NCBI GenBank assembly: GCA_964022095.1
Contig: CAXHZO010000002.1
Span: 128,001 to 192,000, forward strand
Source of the DNA: an uncultured Arcobacteraceae bacterium
Lineage (GTDB): Bacteria > Campylobacterota > Campylobacteria > Campylobacterales > Arcobacteraceae
Direction of reading: 5' to 3'
Length of the DNA: 64,000 nucleotides
Shown one piece after another: positions 12,864 through 23,327 of this stretch. The position numbers and the translations under genes are program-made. Position 1 is the stretch's first letter; every line of letters starts with the position of its first letter. The notes under the pieces were generated by a model. That model ran no database searches. It worked only from the letters and a program-made list of their open reading frames with translations, and was not told the origin of the DNA.

Positions 12864-15095
12864 ATGTTATATTTAAAAAGATTATCAATCAAAAACAAAA
12901 TTAAGCTTTTAAGTTTTATACCTTTGGGTGCATTATTAATTTTGGGTATTTTATATTCATCATATTTATACAATAAAAAATCAGCTCTTGAAAATGTAAA
13001 AGAGTTAATTTTAGTTGATGCAAAAATTTCACTATTGTTGCATGAAACACAAAAAGAAAGAGGAGCGAGTGCAGGTTACTTAGGAAGTAAGGGTGAAAAG
13101 TTTAAAGATATATTAGAAAATCAAAGAAATTTAACTAACACAAAACTAGAAGATTTAAAAACATATTTGGTTTCTATTGATAAATCACTTTTAATTTATG
13201 GTTTAGATGAAAAAATGGATTATGTTTTAAATGAATTTGCTAGATTAAATTCACTTAGAAGTTCAGTTGATGATTTAAGTATTCCAGCATCAAAAGCAAT
13301 TGGATATTATACAAATATTAATAAAAACTTATTAGAATTTATTGCAATTACATCGAAAAATGCATATGATGAGCATGTAATTGCTAATTTAACCGGATAT
13401 TACAACTTCTTAATGTCAAAAGAAAGAGCAGGTATTGAAAGAGCAGTTGGTGCAAATACTTTTGCTAAAGAAACATTTGGTAAAGGTATGTATCAAAAGT
13501 TTTTGATTTTAGTTAATCAGCAAGAAGTATATTTAAATGACTTTTATATATATGGCTCAGAATATGCAGCACATGTAAAAGAAAAACTTGATAATCCAAT
13601 AGTATTAGAAGTTCAAAAAATGAGAGATTTATTATTTGCACATGGTGCAAATAATGAAGTTGATCTTAATGTAGATGCAACAACATGGTTTAACTCTATT
13701 ACTAAAAAAATCAATGTTTTAAAAGAAATTGATGATTATTTATCAAATAGTATTTTGACTGAAATTGATGAAGAGATAGCAAAAGAAACAAGTATTGTTT
13801 CTACAATAGTAGTTATTTTATTAGTTTCATTATTTGTGATTATTTATTTACTAAATTTATTTATTGGAAGTATAAATAGAGGTATCAATAAAATTTCAAA
13901 AGGTATTGAGCAGTTTATGGCTTATTTGAATAAAGATATAAATGAAATCAATCATATTGAGCTTAATACAAAAGGTGAATTAGGAGATCTAGCAAAACTT
14001 GTAAATAAAAACATTGATAGAATTAATGGAGATTTAGAAAAAGATTTATTAACGGTTGGTGAAGCTACGATTACTCTTGATAAAGTAGAGAAGGGTTATT
14101 ACTCTTGTAGAGTTAACTCAACTCCTGCTAATTCTCAAGTATATATCTTAGCTAAGACTATCAATAGAATGTTAGATAATCAACAAAAAGTTATAAATAG
14201 TATTTTACAAACTTTAAAAGAGTACACAGATTATAATTTTATGAATACTATTAGAATAGATGATATTCATGGTGAATCTAAACAAATGATTGAAGGAATT
14301 AATGCCTTAGGTGATGCAATTACTTCAATGTTAAAAGAGAATAAAAACAATGGTCAAACACTACAAAAAGGCTCTTTAGAACTTCTTGAAAATGTTGACA
14401 AATTAAATACAGCATCAAATGATGCAGCAGCAAGATTAGAAGAAACAGCAGCAGCTGTTGATGAAATTTCTAGTAATGTAGCATCAAATACAGAAAATAT
14501 ATCTAAAATGGCAAGCTATGCAAATGAACTTAATAAAGCTGCAAATGATGGTCAAAACTTAGCGAACCAAACAGTAACATCTATGGAAGATATTAATACT
14601 CAAGTAACAGCAATTAATGAAGCTATTACAGTAATTGATCAAATTGCATTCCAAACAAATATCTTATCATTAAACGCTGCAGTTGAAGCAGCAACTGCTG
14701 GTGAAGCTGGAAAAGGTTTTGCAGTTGTTGCTCAAGAAGTTAGAAATTTAGCCTCAAGAAGTGCAGAGGCTGCAAATGAGATTAAATCATTAGTTGAAAA
14801 TGCTAATGAGAAGTCTAGCCTAGGTAAGGGTATTGCAGGGCAAATGATTGAAGGTTATAATAAATTAAATGAAAATATCAGTAGTACATTATCATTAATT
14901 GATGAAGTTGAAAATGCTTCAAAAGAGCAAAGAACAGGTATTAGTCAAATAAGTGATGCTATTAATTCATTAGATAAACAAACACAAATAAATGCAAATA
15001 TTGCAAATGGAACAAATGATATTGCACATAATACATCTAAATTAGCTGAAACAGTTGTTAGTTCAGTTGATAATGCCCAATTCAAAGGGAAGTAA
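12864..15095 (+). CDS. Methyl-accepting chemotaxis protein with NIT (nitrate/nitrite-sensing) periplasmic domain
   Basis: [15 protein letters not shown] and [12 protein letters not shown] motifs, two TMs, MCP hairpin [30 protein letters not shown]. Confidence 0.92.
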   Translation: MLYLKRLSIKNKIKLLSFIPLGALLILGILYSSYLYNKKSALENVKELILVDAKISLLLHETQKERGASAGYLGSKGEKFKDILENQRNLTNTKLEDLKTYLVSIDKSLLIYGLDEKMDYVLNEFARLNSLRSSVDDLSIPASKAIGYYTNINKNLLEFIAITSKNAYDEHVIANLTGYYNFLMSKERAGIERAVGANTFAKETFGKGMYQKFLILVNQQEVYLNDFYIYGSEYAAHVKEKLDNPIVLEVQKMRDLLFAHGANNEVDLNVDATTWFNSITKKINVLKEIDDYLSNSILTEIDEEIAKETSIVSTIVVILLVSLFVIIYLLNLFIGSINRGINKISKGIEQFMAYLNKDINEINHIELNTKGELGDLAKLVNKNIDRINGDLEKDLLTVGEATITLDKVEKGYYSCRVNSTPANSQVYILAKTINRMLDNQQKVINSILQTLKEYTDYNFMNTIRIDDIHGESKQMIEGINALGDAITSMLKENKNNGQTLQKGSLELLENVDKLNTASNDAAARLEETAAAVDEISSNVASNTENISKMASYANELNKAANDGQNLANQTVTSMEDINTQVTAINEAITVIDQIAFQTNILSLNAAVEAATAGEAGKGFAVVAQEVRNLASRSAEAANEIKSLVENANEKSSLGKGIAGQMIEGYNKLNENISSTLSLIDEVENASKEQRTGISQISDAINSLDKQTQINANIANGTNDIAHNTSKLAETVVSSVDNAQFKGK

Positions 15096-15103
15096 AAGAG
15101 TTT

Positions 15104-16144
15104 TTAACTCTTTCTTCTCTCATTTCTTTTTGCTAAATTAGACATCATAATTCCAATCCATTTTGTTTCACTATTTGAATCAAATGCTATTTTTAAAGTC
15201 ATTGTAATTGGCACTGCTAAGAACATACCAACAATTCCTAAAATCCAACCCCATAAAATTAATGAGAAAAATATTACAAGAGGTGATAATCCTAACTCTT
15301 TCCCCATAAGTTTAGGCTCTAATATATTACTAATAGAGATATTTATAACTACATAAAGAACAGTTACATATGCAGTTGTATTGATATCTGAATTCATTAG
15401 TGATAGAAGTATTGCAGGAACTGCTGCTATTATTGAACCAACAACTGGAACAAAATTAAAAAGTGCTGCAATAACTCCCCATAAAATTGGGTAATCAACA
15501 TTAAAGTACATAAGGTTTACTGTAATAATAAAGCCTGTTAAAAAACTTGTAAATGTTTTAACTAAAAAGTATTTTTGAATATTTTTAGAAAATAGATTTA
15601 CATGTTGAAGTTTTTGGGCATTGCTTTGAAGTATTATTTTTAGTTTTGTTTCAATTGATTTTGCTTCTGCAAGTATAAATGCAACCCCAATAATTACTAA
15701 TACAAATTTTGATAAAAATGTACCAATACTTCCAATTATATTAGTAGTAAAACCTACAAAAGAACCAAAATTTAGTGCTTGTATTATTTTATCTCTATCT
15801 ACTTCATATCCAGTTTGTTCAATATATACAATACCATTTACAATTAGGTCATTTATTTTTGTTTCATAATTTGGTAGATTCTCTATAAAATCTTTTAGTG
15901 ATATATTTATTACATATGCCAAAAGTAAACTTATTATTATCAAAATTGATAAAGATATGATATATGCAAAAAACATAGGAATTTTTTTCTTTCTTAAAAA
16001 ATTAAGAAGTGAAGATAAAATTGAAGCAATAAATATTGCCAAAAATAGTATAACTAATATTTCACTAGCAACTTTTAATCCAGCAATAATAACAACTGAT
16101 GTTGCTAGAAAAAAGAAGTACCTTGTTAAATTTGAACTACTCAA
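15104..16144 (-). CDS. AI-2E family transporter
   Basis: Polytopic; NFVPVVGS, NILEPKLMG..LGLSPL, GMFLAVP motifs. Confidence 0.9.
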   Translation of the reverse strand: MSSSNLTRYFFFLATSVVIIAGLKVASEILVILFLAIFIASILSSLLNFLRKKKIPMFFAYIISLSILIIISLLLAYVINISLKDFIENLPNYETKINDLIVNGIVYIEQTGYEVDRDKIIQALNFGSFVGFTTNIIGSIGTFLSKFVLVIIGVAFILAEAKSIETKLKIILQSNAQKLQHVNLFSKNIQKYFLVKTFTSFLTGFIITVNLMYFNVDYPILWGVIAALFNFVPVVGSIIAAVPAILLSLMNSDINTTAYVTVLYVVINISISNILEPKLMGKELGLSPLVIFFSLILWGWILGIVGMFLAVPITMTLKIAFDSNSETKWIGIMMSNLAKRNERRKS

Positions 16145-16160
16145 GTTAAAAATCCTTTTT

Positions 16161-17933
16161 TTAAATTAATTGTTTTTTTACAAACTCTAAATAGTGTCCC
16201 TCTTGATCTTCAAGCTCTTCATGGGTTCCACTTTGTACGAGTTTACCATCATTTAGTACATATATTGTATTTGCATTTTTTACAGTACTTAGACGATGTG
16301 CTATTGTGATTACTGTTTTATCTTTTAAGAACTCCTGTAAATCAATAAATAGCTTTGCTTCAGTATGAACATCAAGGGCAGATGTAGATTCATCGAAGAT
16401 TACAACTTTTGGATTGTTAATTATCATTCTTGCAATTGATAATCTTTGTCTTTGTCCACCACTTAATCTAATACCATGTTTACCTACAATTGTATCTAAA
16501 CCTTCGCTCATTTTTAATACAGCATCTTCTAATTGAGCTACTTTTAGTGCTTGAAAAATCTCTTCATCACCAATATCAGGTTTTCCCATTGTTATGTTAA
16601 ATCTAAGTGTATTATTAAATAGTATTGGCATTTGTAAAACTAAAAATATATTATTTCTAATTGAGTGTTTATTTAGTTTATCAATACTTGTATTATTATA
16701 AATAATATCACCACCGTTTTTTTCATAAAAACCTGAAATCAATTGTGCAAGAGTGGTTTTACCGCTACCACTAGCGCCAATTAGAGCAACTTTATCTTTT
16801 GCTTTAATTTCTAAACTTATATCATCTATAATATTTTTATCTTTATTATATGCAAAAGTTAAGTTTTGAATTTTTATTGTTAATTCATCATTTATATTTG
16901 GTATTTCTTGTGTTGAGTTTTTTTCTTTTTTTAGATCTAGTATTTTATTGATTCTCTCAATTGCAGCATTTGCACTAGCCCATGAATACTGAATAGTAAG
17001 AATATCTTGAACAGGAGACATAATAAACCAAATATACCCAAACATTGCAAACATCATACCGATTGTTAAATCACTATAAGCCACTAAAATAAGTCCTGTA
17101 GCTCTAAAGATTTCAAAAGTTATAAGAAATATTGTAAATGAAAATCTTTCATAAGCTACACTTTTATAATTGTATTCATTTGATGTTGTTTTTATTATAT
17201 TAGCTTTTTGTTTTGATTCATTAAAAAAATATTGCTCTTTATTACTTGCTTTTATTTGACCAAATAGTTCTAGTGTTTCACTTATATTATTTTGAAAACT
17301 TTCAATTGCATTGTTTTCTTGTTTTTTTAATACACCAGTTTTTTTAGAGATTTTTTTTGATAAAATCATGATAATTGGTTGAATAAATAGAATCATAAAA
17401 CCCAAAATTGGATCAATTGCTATTATCACAATTGCTACAAAAATCAGTGTTAAAACAGAAGAAACAAATTTACTTGCAACAGATACAATAAAGTTATCTA
17501 AAGTGTTAACATCAGTTATTAAATTTGCAGCAATTGAACCTGAACCAAGGCCTTCATACTCATTCATGCTAACTTTTTCTAAATGATTTAATAGATTTAA
17601 TCTAATTTGATAGGTAACATATTTTGATATTTTAGTGAAAATTTTTGTAATAACAACGCCAATTGCAAAATATAAAACTCTTAGAAAAACTACAACGAAT
17701 GTTACTATGGCTATATAGTAAAAAGCACTTCCCGAACTAAAGAACTCATTTATATTATTTACAAAAAAACCTGGCTTGTTTAATAGTACTTCATCAACTA
17801 ACATTGGCAAAAGTAAAGGAATAGGAACACTTATAAGTATTGCAATTATTGTTATGATTTGACCCCAAATAAGGGTCTTTTTATTGTGAAGTAATAATTT
17901 GAATATGTATTTTAGAGAAATTTTATTTTCCAT
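16161..17933 (-). CDS. ABC exporter, fused permease/ATP-binding protein
   Basis: N-terminal TMD; GASGSGKT, LSGGQRQR, IFDESTSALD. Confidence 0.92.
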   Translation of the reverse strand: MENKISLKYIFKLLLHNKKTLIWGQIITIIAILISVPIPLLLPMLVDEVLLNKPGFFVNNINEFFSSGSAFYYIAIVTFVVVFLRVLYFAIGVVITKIFTKISKYVTYQIRLNLLNHLEKVSMNEYEGLGSGSIAANLITDVNTLDNFIVSVASKFVSSVLTLIFVAIVIIAIDPILGFMILFIQPIIMILSKKISKKTGVLKKQENNAIESFQNNISETLELFGQIKASNKEQYFFNESKQKANIIKTTSNEYNYKSVAYERFSFTIFLITFEIFRATGLILVAYSDLTIGMMFAMFGYIWFIMSPVQDILTIQYSWASANAAIERINKILDLKKEKNSTQEIPNINDELTIKIQNLTFAYNKDKNIIDDISLEIKAKDKVALIGASGSGKTTLAQLISGFYEKNGGDIIYNNTSIDKLNKHSIRNNIFLVLQMPILFNNTLRFNITMGKPDIGDEEIFQALKVAQLEDAVLKMSEGLDTIVGKHGIRLSGGQRQRLSIARMIINNPKVVIFDESTSALDVHTEAKLFIDLQEFLKDKTVITIAHRLSTVKNANTIYVLNDGKLVQSGTHEELEDQEGHYLEFVKKQLI

Positions 17934-18012
17934 AATCTTCTTTTATTTTTTTACTTACTTTTTACTATAAAATTTGTAAATAAGATATTAAATTAAAAAA
18001 AGATTTTAAAAA

Positions 18013-18663
18013 TTATAAGAAATCAGCTCTATAACCAACTCCTGAGACATTTTTTATTAGCTCTTTATATACTTTTTTTCTAAGCTCCTTAACAACTGAT
18101 CTTAATGCATCTTGACTCATTGGATCTTCCCAAACTGCTTCTTGAATTTCATCATAACTTAAAGATTTGTTAGGGTTTTTAATTAGAAGATTTAAAAATA
18201 GTTTTTCTTTATTTGATAGAGATACTATTTCACCTTTTTTTAGTAAAGTTTTATTATATAAATCATAAACAAAACCATTTTTTAGTTTTATAATATTTGA
18301 TCTATTAGAATCAAATTGTTTTATACAGTCTTTAATTACACTTAAAAAAGCCTCTTTTGATTTGTAGTCATTTATAAATTTAATATGTTCTAATTCAATA
18401 CTTTCTTTTATATACTCTTTTTTTAATTCATCTAAAATGGCAACGACTTGTACATTTTCATTTACTTGTCTTATTTTTTTTAGTGACTCATAATTATATT
18501 TAGTGATTAATAAATTGATCTTTTTTGTACCAATTAAACTTAATAACTCTTCTTCGTTATTAAATTTTGATAAGTTCGGTGTGTTAGAAATTAGATAGTC
18601 ATTTATTTCATTATTTAATATGTCAGTATGGTATCCAACATTAACAAATTTTAGTTCTCTCAT
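18013..18663 (-). CDS. Atypical OmpR-family regulator (degenerate receiver + winged helix)
   Basis: C-terminal LSNKEKLFL..LRSVVKELRKK..GVGY wHTH; receiver lacks acidic pocket residues. Confidence 0.82.
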   Translation of the reverse strand: MRELKFVNVGYHTDILNNEINDYLISNTPNLSKFNNEEELLSLIGTKKINLLITKYNYESLKKIRQVNENVQVVAILDELKKEYIKESIELEHIKFINDYKSKEAFLSVIKDCIKQFDSNRSNIIKLKNGFVYDLYNKTLLKKGEIVSLSNKEKLFLNLLIKNPNKSLSYDEIQEAVWEDPMSQDALRSVVKELRKKVYKELIKNVSGVGYRADFL

Positions 18664-18819
18664 ATGTTCCTCAAAAGTTTTTATTTATTGTATTTTATCA
18701 ATTAAATGTGATAAAAAAGTGAAATGAATAAGTATTTATAACATATGTAGCTTAAAAGATAATTTAAAAGGTTTTTAAATAATTGATAATAACAGTAGTG
18801 TATAGAAAAATAAAATTAA

Positions 18820-19119
18820 TTATTTTTCTATAGAAGAGTACATTTTTTCACAAACTTCGATTTTCATTCCATCGTGCCATGAACAGTTTAGTCCACATTT
18901 AAATATTGCAGAATTTTTAAGGTTTTGGTTATTTATTTGTTCGATTGAAGCTTCTTTACACTCTTTTAAAGTTTTGAAAGTTATAGGACTTTTTACACTT
19001 CTTTTTGTATTTTCTTTGTCAGGATAAATATAAGCAGTCCATTGGGCTTCTTTTTCTTCTCCAAAACATCCACTTAAAATTAGTGTTGTAGCTGTAAGCA
19101 GTAATAAGTTTTTTAACAT
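18820..19119 (-). CDS. Hypothetical lipoprotein
   Basis: Lipobox LSGC; four further Cys. Confidence 0.75.
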   Translation of the reverse strand: MLKNLLLLTATTLILSGCFGEEKEAQWTAYIYPDKENTKRSVKSPITFKTLKECKEASIEQINNQNLKNSAIFKCGLNCSWHDGMKIEVCEKMYSSIEK

Positions 19120-19168
19120 TCTCTCTCTTTTTTTATTTAGATTTTAATTAAAAAAAGATTAATAAGTG

Positions 19169-19936
19169 TTAAACTGATATATTTTGTAAAGTCTGTTTAA
19201 TAAGGTTAAAGTTTCTAAGCTCCTCTTTTAATTTTAAATTCTCCAAATATAGATCAATTGCTTTGTTTAATTGTTCACTTACTTTGCCAGTAGATGCTGC
19301 TTTATTTATAGTGTCTGGTTTATACCCTAATTCAAATGCTAGTACTTTGTATGTTAGGTTTAAATCTTTACATACATTTTTAATTAAGTTTGGATTTAAT
19401 TCTTCAAATAAAGTATTTGTTTCAATACCAAAAGAGTCTGCAACATCTTGAATTATATTTTTTTTCTCTAATAGAATTTTTCTATACTGGTATTGTTTGT
19501 CTTTTGGATCAAAAAGTTTTAAGTTCTCTTTTTGAATACCTATAAATAGATTTTTACCATTACATCCAATTAATTCATCAAATGCAACTACAAGTAATGG
19601 TTCATCTAAATGTTTAAATGTTTCAATAAACATAAATGAATTAATATAGTTAGTTTTTGTTCTAGATTCTTTGTACTCTTCAAAAGTAAACTCTATTAGT
19701 TCTTCTTTAAAGTTTAATTGTAGATTATCTTTTACTTGGTGAGATTTAATTACTATATGAAAGTGAAGAGGGTTATCTCTGTTATTTGAAAAAATATTAA
19801 TAATATCTTCTTTTTGTATTTCGTTTTTCTTTAGTTGCTCTACTAATTCTTCAACATAATTAGTATCTTTATGGTTATTGTGTTTATCTCTAACTAAATA
19901 GGGGATTTTATTAAATAGTTTCCCAACTTGCGTCAT
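19169..19936 (-). CDS. Hypothetical protein with C-terminal Cro/XRE-like helix-turn-helix
   Basis: C-terminal NLIKNVCKDLNLTYKVLAFELGYKPDTINKAAS; N-terminal region unrecognised. Confidence 0.65.
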   Translation of the reverse strand: MTQVGKLFNKIPYLVRDKHNNHKDTNYVEELVEQLKKNEIQKEDIINIFSNNRDNPLHFHIVIKSHQVKDNLQLNFKEELIEFTFEEYKESRTKTNYINSFMFIETFKHLDEPLLVVAFDELIGCNGKNLFIGIQKENLKLFDPKDKQYQYRKILLEKKNIIQDVADSFGIETNTLFEELNPNLIKNVCKDLNLTYKVLAFELGYKPDTINKAASTGKVSEQLNKAIDLYLENLKLKEELRNFNLIKQTLQNISV

Positions 19937-19967
19937 AATTAATTCCTAGTATTTTATAAATTGGAAT

Positions 19968-20002
19968 ATTATATTATACAAATGTCTCAGAAATGACTCA
20001 AT
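19968..20002 (-). promoter_or_regulatory. Tandem-repeat operator plus -10 element, copy 2
   Basis: Minus strand ATTGAGTCATTTCTGAGACATTTGTATAATATAAT, upstream of the HTH gene. Confidence 0.75.
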
Positions 20003-20115
20003 TTTGATTTTTCAGAAAAGAATTTGAAATTTTCTTTAAATTTTAATAAGATTGATTTACAATTATTATACATTTACTATGCTATAATAGTACAAATTTT
20101 AGAAAAAGTGAAAAA

Positions 20116-20334
20116 ATGAAAAAAATAGTAATTTCAGTAATATTTATCTTTACTTCACTACTGGCAAAAGTTGATTATAGTGAAATGAGTACTCAAGAGC
20201 TTATCGCAATTATGGGCTATGTAAAGAGTGAAAATAAAAATGAATTTAAAAAAGAATTAAATGCAAGAGTTCCTTTGATGAATACAAAAGAGCAAGAAAT
20301 GTATAAAAAAAATAAAAAGAAATTAGAAAAATAA
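20116..20334 (+). CDS. Small exported DUF1104-like protein
   Basis: Signal peptide followed by DYSEMSTQELIAIMGYV. Confidence 0.7.
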   Translation: MKKIVISVIFIFTSLLAKVDYSEMSTQELIAIMGYVKSENKNEFKKELNARVPLMNTKEQEMYKKNKKKLEK

Positions 20335-21005
20335 TGAAAACAAAACTTTTACTATTAGAGGATGATTTAACACTTAGTGAAACTGTTGTTGAGTATTTTG
20401 AAGAGCAGGGTTTTGCTATAGATTATGTATACGATGGAGAAGATGCTTTATCTTCAATTTATGAAAAAAATTATGATTTATTGCTACTAGACGTAAATGT
20501 ACCAAATAAAAATGGATTTGAAGTTTTAAAAGAGATTAGAAAAGAAAAAAACACTACACCCGCAATTTTTATAACATCTCTTAACTCTATGGAGTCACTA
20601 GAAGAGGGTTTCCAAAGTGGCTGTGATGATTATATTAGAAAGCCTTTTGAGTTAAAAGAGCTTTTAATTAGAGTTCAAACGATTTTAAAAAGAGAATTTT
20701 CAAACACTAAAGAAGAGATAATATCTTTTGGGGATGGATTAGTATTTAATCTAATTTCTGGAGAATTAAAAAAAGATGATGTAGAAATAAAATTAAATCT
20801 AAAAGAGTTAAAACTTTTAAAACTATTTTTACAACATCAAAATGAGCTATTATCCCATGATAAAATCTACGATTTTGTTTGGGATTATGATGAAGAGTAT
20901 AGTGATAACTCTTTAAGAACTTATATAAAAAACCTAAGAAAAATTGTAGGGAAAGAGAAAATTGTTAGTCTTAAAAAACTTGGATATAGATTTAACCAAG
21001 AGTGA
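20334..21005 (+). CDS. OmpR-family response regulator
   Basis: LLLEDD, LLLDVNVP, DDYIRKPF, C-terminal wHTH. Confidence 0.95.
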   Translation: MKTKLLLLEDDLTLSETVVEYFEEQGFAIDYVYDGEDALSSIYEKNYDLLLLDVNVPNKNGFEVLKEIRKEKNTTPAIFITSLNSMESLEEGFQSGCDDYIRKPFELKELLIRVQTILKREFSNTKEEIISFGDGLVFNLISGELKKDDVEIKLNLKELKLLKLFLQHQNELLSHDKIYDFVWDYDEEYSDNSLRTYIKNLRKIVGKEKIVSLKKLGYRFNQE

Positions 21006-22149
21006 GGCTAGAACACTTTTAGGTTTTGGTCTTATTTATTCATTATTAGTATTAATTATTATTGGAAGTTTTGCTTTTTTGTATTACACTTTTCAAAAAG
21101 ATTTAATGCTTCAACATAAAAGAGAAGTTCTTCAAGAACACTCAAATGATTTTGTATCAAGATTAAAAGACTTACATATTAACTTTGACAAATATAAATT
21201 TTATCCAAGACACAATGACTATCAATCAGCTATATATGATAGTGAACACAAAGAGATATTTTCACTATTAAAATCAAAAGATATTAATTTAAGTAAAGGT
21301 ATTTATTTAAGTGATGATTATATTCATTTTATAAAAGAACCAGAATCTTACTATCTTGGTAGTAAATATGTGATTATTGAGATTAAAGATGATAAGTTAT
21401 GGCTTACAAAAGTTAATAATGAAATTATACTAATCTCTATTATCGCTTTTATTATTATGATGACAATTGGATATTTTTTAGCAAATTTATTTTTAAGACC
21501 AATGAAAGATGCTCTTAATTTACTTGATAGGTTTATCAAAGATACAACACATGAATTAAATACTCCAATTTCTGCAATTATTACAAATATTGAGATGATT
21601 GATAAACATAGTTTAGATGAAAAGCTTTATAAAAAAATCAATAGAATAGAAATTGGTGCAAAAACAGTTTCAAATATATATGAAGATTTAACTTTTATTA
21701 CTTTAAACAATAAAATCATATCTCAAAATAAACAATTAGACTTAACAAGAATTGTAAAACAAAGAGTAGAGTATTTTAAATCATTAGCTTTAATGAAGAA
21801 AATTATATTTGATATTAATATAGATGAAGACATAACTCTTTTTTGTGATGAAAAGAAGATTTCAAAACTAATAGATAATCTTTTATCAAATGCAATTAAA
21901 TATAATAAAATAGCAGGGAATATAAGTGTTGTTTTAAAAAGTGGCTTTTTAAGTATAGAAGATACAGGAAAAGGTATTAGTGAAGATAATCTTGATGATT
22001 TATTTGAAAGATATGCAAGGTTTGATAAAAGTGTTGGAGGTTTTGGAATAGGTTTAAATATTGTTTCACTTATTGCAAAAGAGTATAATTTAGATATAAA
22101 TGTTTCATCACAATTAAATATTGGAACGAAAGTAGAGATAAGATGGTAA
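20962..22149 (+). CDS. Sensor histidine kinase (start may be the TTG at 20980)
   Basis: Two TMs; DTTHELNTP H-box, NLLSNAIKY, DTGKG, GGFGIGL. Confidence 0.93.
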   Translation: MLVLKNLDIDLTKSEARTLLGFGLIYSLLVLIIIGSFAFLYYTFQKDLMLQHKREVLQEHSNDFVSRLKDLHINFDKYKFYPRHNDYQSAIYDSEHKEIFSLLKSKDINLSKGIYLSDDYIHFIKEPESYYLGSKYVIIEIKDDKLWLTKVNNEIILISIIAFIIMMTIGYFLANLFLRPMKDALNLLDRFIKDTTHELNTPISAIITNIEMIDKHSLDEKLYKKINRIEIGAKTVSNIYEDLTFITLNNKIISQNKQLDLTRIVKQRVEYFKSLALMKKIIFDINIDEDITLFCDEKKISKLIDNLLSNAIKYNKIAGNISVVLKSGFLSIEDTGKGISEDNLDDLFERYARFDKSVGGFGIGLNIVSLIAKEYNLDINVSSQLNIGTKVEIRW

Positions 22150-22475
22150 GAGTTTTCTTTTGTATTTTATTAATAATTAATATTGCTTACACAAAAGATG
22201 TATTTGAATCAAACTGTGTTAAATGTCATAATAAACTGCCTGTAAGTATTGATAAGTATTTTTATAGATATCTATTAAAATACAGTGGTGAAAATGCTCT
22301 AAAAGAGTCTATGTATGAATACTTGAAAAAACCATCTAAAGAAAAAACAATAATGCCAGAAGCTTTTATAAACAGATTTGGTGTAAAGAAAAAAAGTAAA
22401 CTAAAAGATGAGCAGTTAAAAAAAGCTATTGATATATATTGGGAAAAATATAAAGTATTTGGAAAGTTAAAATAA
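22143..22475 (+). CDS. Small monoheme c-type cytochrome-like protein
   Basis: Signal peptide, CVKCH heme-attachment motif, candidate distal Met (TIMP). Confidence 0.75.
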   Translation: MVRVFFCILLIINIAYTKDVFESNCVKCHNKLPVSIDKYFYRYLLKYSGENALKESMYEYLKKPSKEKTIMPEAFINRFGVKKKSKLKDEQLKKAIDIYWEKYKVFGKLK

Positions 22476-22498
22476 ACCCAAGTTTTAAACTTGAGTTT
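22474..22498. terminator. Bidirectional terminator
   Basis: AAACCCAAGTTT-T-AAACTTGAGTTT imperfect hairpin between convergent genes. Confidence 0.55.
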
Positions 22499-23327
22499 AT
22501 GATAGTAATCTTGTAACTGTGTCTTGGTTTATATTTGTACCTTGAGCTTGTGCAAATGCTCCAATTTGACTTAGTATGTTTTGTTTAGAGAAGTTTGCAG
22601 ATTCAGCTGCATAATCTGTATTAAATACAGAAGCTGCTTGAAGTGTACTTGCTTCTTGTGTTAATAATGTTGAATTAGAACTTTGTAATTGATTTGAAGT
22701 AGAACCTATCTCACCTCTATAATCATTAATAGTATTAAGTGCATTATCAATATCTTCTAAAAATGCTCTAGCATCAGCACTAGTAAAACTTCCAACATCT
22801 TGATTTGCTAAATCAGTTAATCCTAAACCTTCAGTATTTGATTGAATTCCTGATTGTTCGATTAAATCTCCACCATCAATTCCCGATTGGTATTGTAAAT
22901 CTGAACTAGCTGATGTATCATCACTACTTGCTTGAAGTAGATTTTGACCATTATAGTTTGTTTGTGATGCAATATCATCAAGTGCTTTTAGTTGCCCTTG
23001 AATATCTTTTAATATAGCTTCTCTACCTTCACTACTTGTTGTATCCGTTGAAGCTTGTAATAGTTTTTCTTTAACTCCATCTAAAATTTCAGATTGAGCA
23101 TTTACTGCACCATCTGCTATTTGAGTTGCAGCAATTGCTGAGTTTGTATTTTCTATAGCTTGTGAATATCCATTGCTTTGTGTTTTTAAATTATCAAGTA
23201 TAGATAGACTTGCAGCATCATCACTCGCTTGATTTACTTCTATACCAGTTGCAATTCTATTTAATGCTTGGTTAGCATTTAAATATATGTCATTTGATAT
23301 ATTGGGGTTATTACCATTTATTTGCAT
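22497..23327 (-). CDS. Short flagellin-like protein (276 aa)
   Basis: RIATG..VNQASDDAA, QTNYNGQNLL, RGEIGSTSNQL, DYAAESANFSKQNIL; ATG at 23327 with AAGGAG RBS. Confidence 0.88.
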   Translation of the reverse strand: MQINGNNPNISNDIYLNANQALNRIATGIEVNQASDDAASLSILDNLKTQSNGYSQAIENTNSAIAATQIADGAVNAQSEILDGVKEKLLQASTDTTSSEGREAILKDIQGQLKALDDIASQTNYNGQNLLQASSDDTSASSDLQYQSGIDGGDLIEQSGIQSNTEGLGLTDLANQDVGSFTSADARAFLEDIDNALNTINDYRGEIGSTSNQLQSSNSTLLTQEASTLQAASVFNTDYAAESANFSKQNILSQIGAFAQAQGTNINQDTVTRLLS

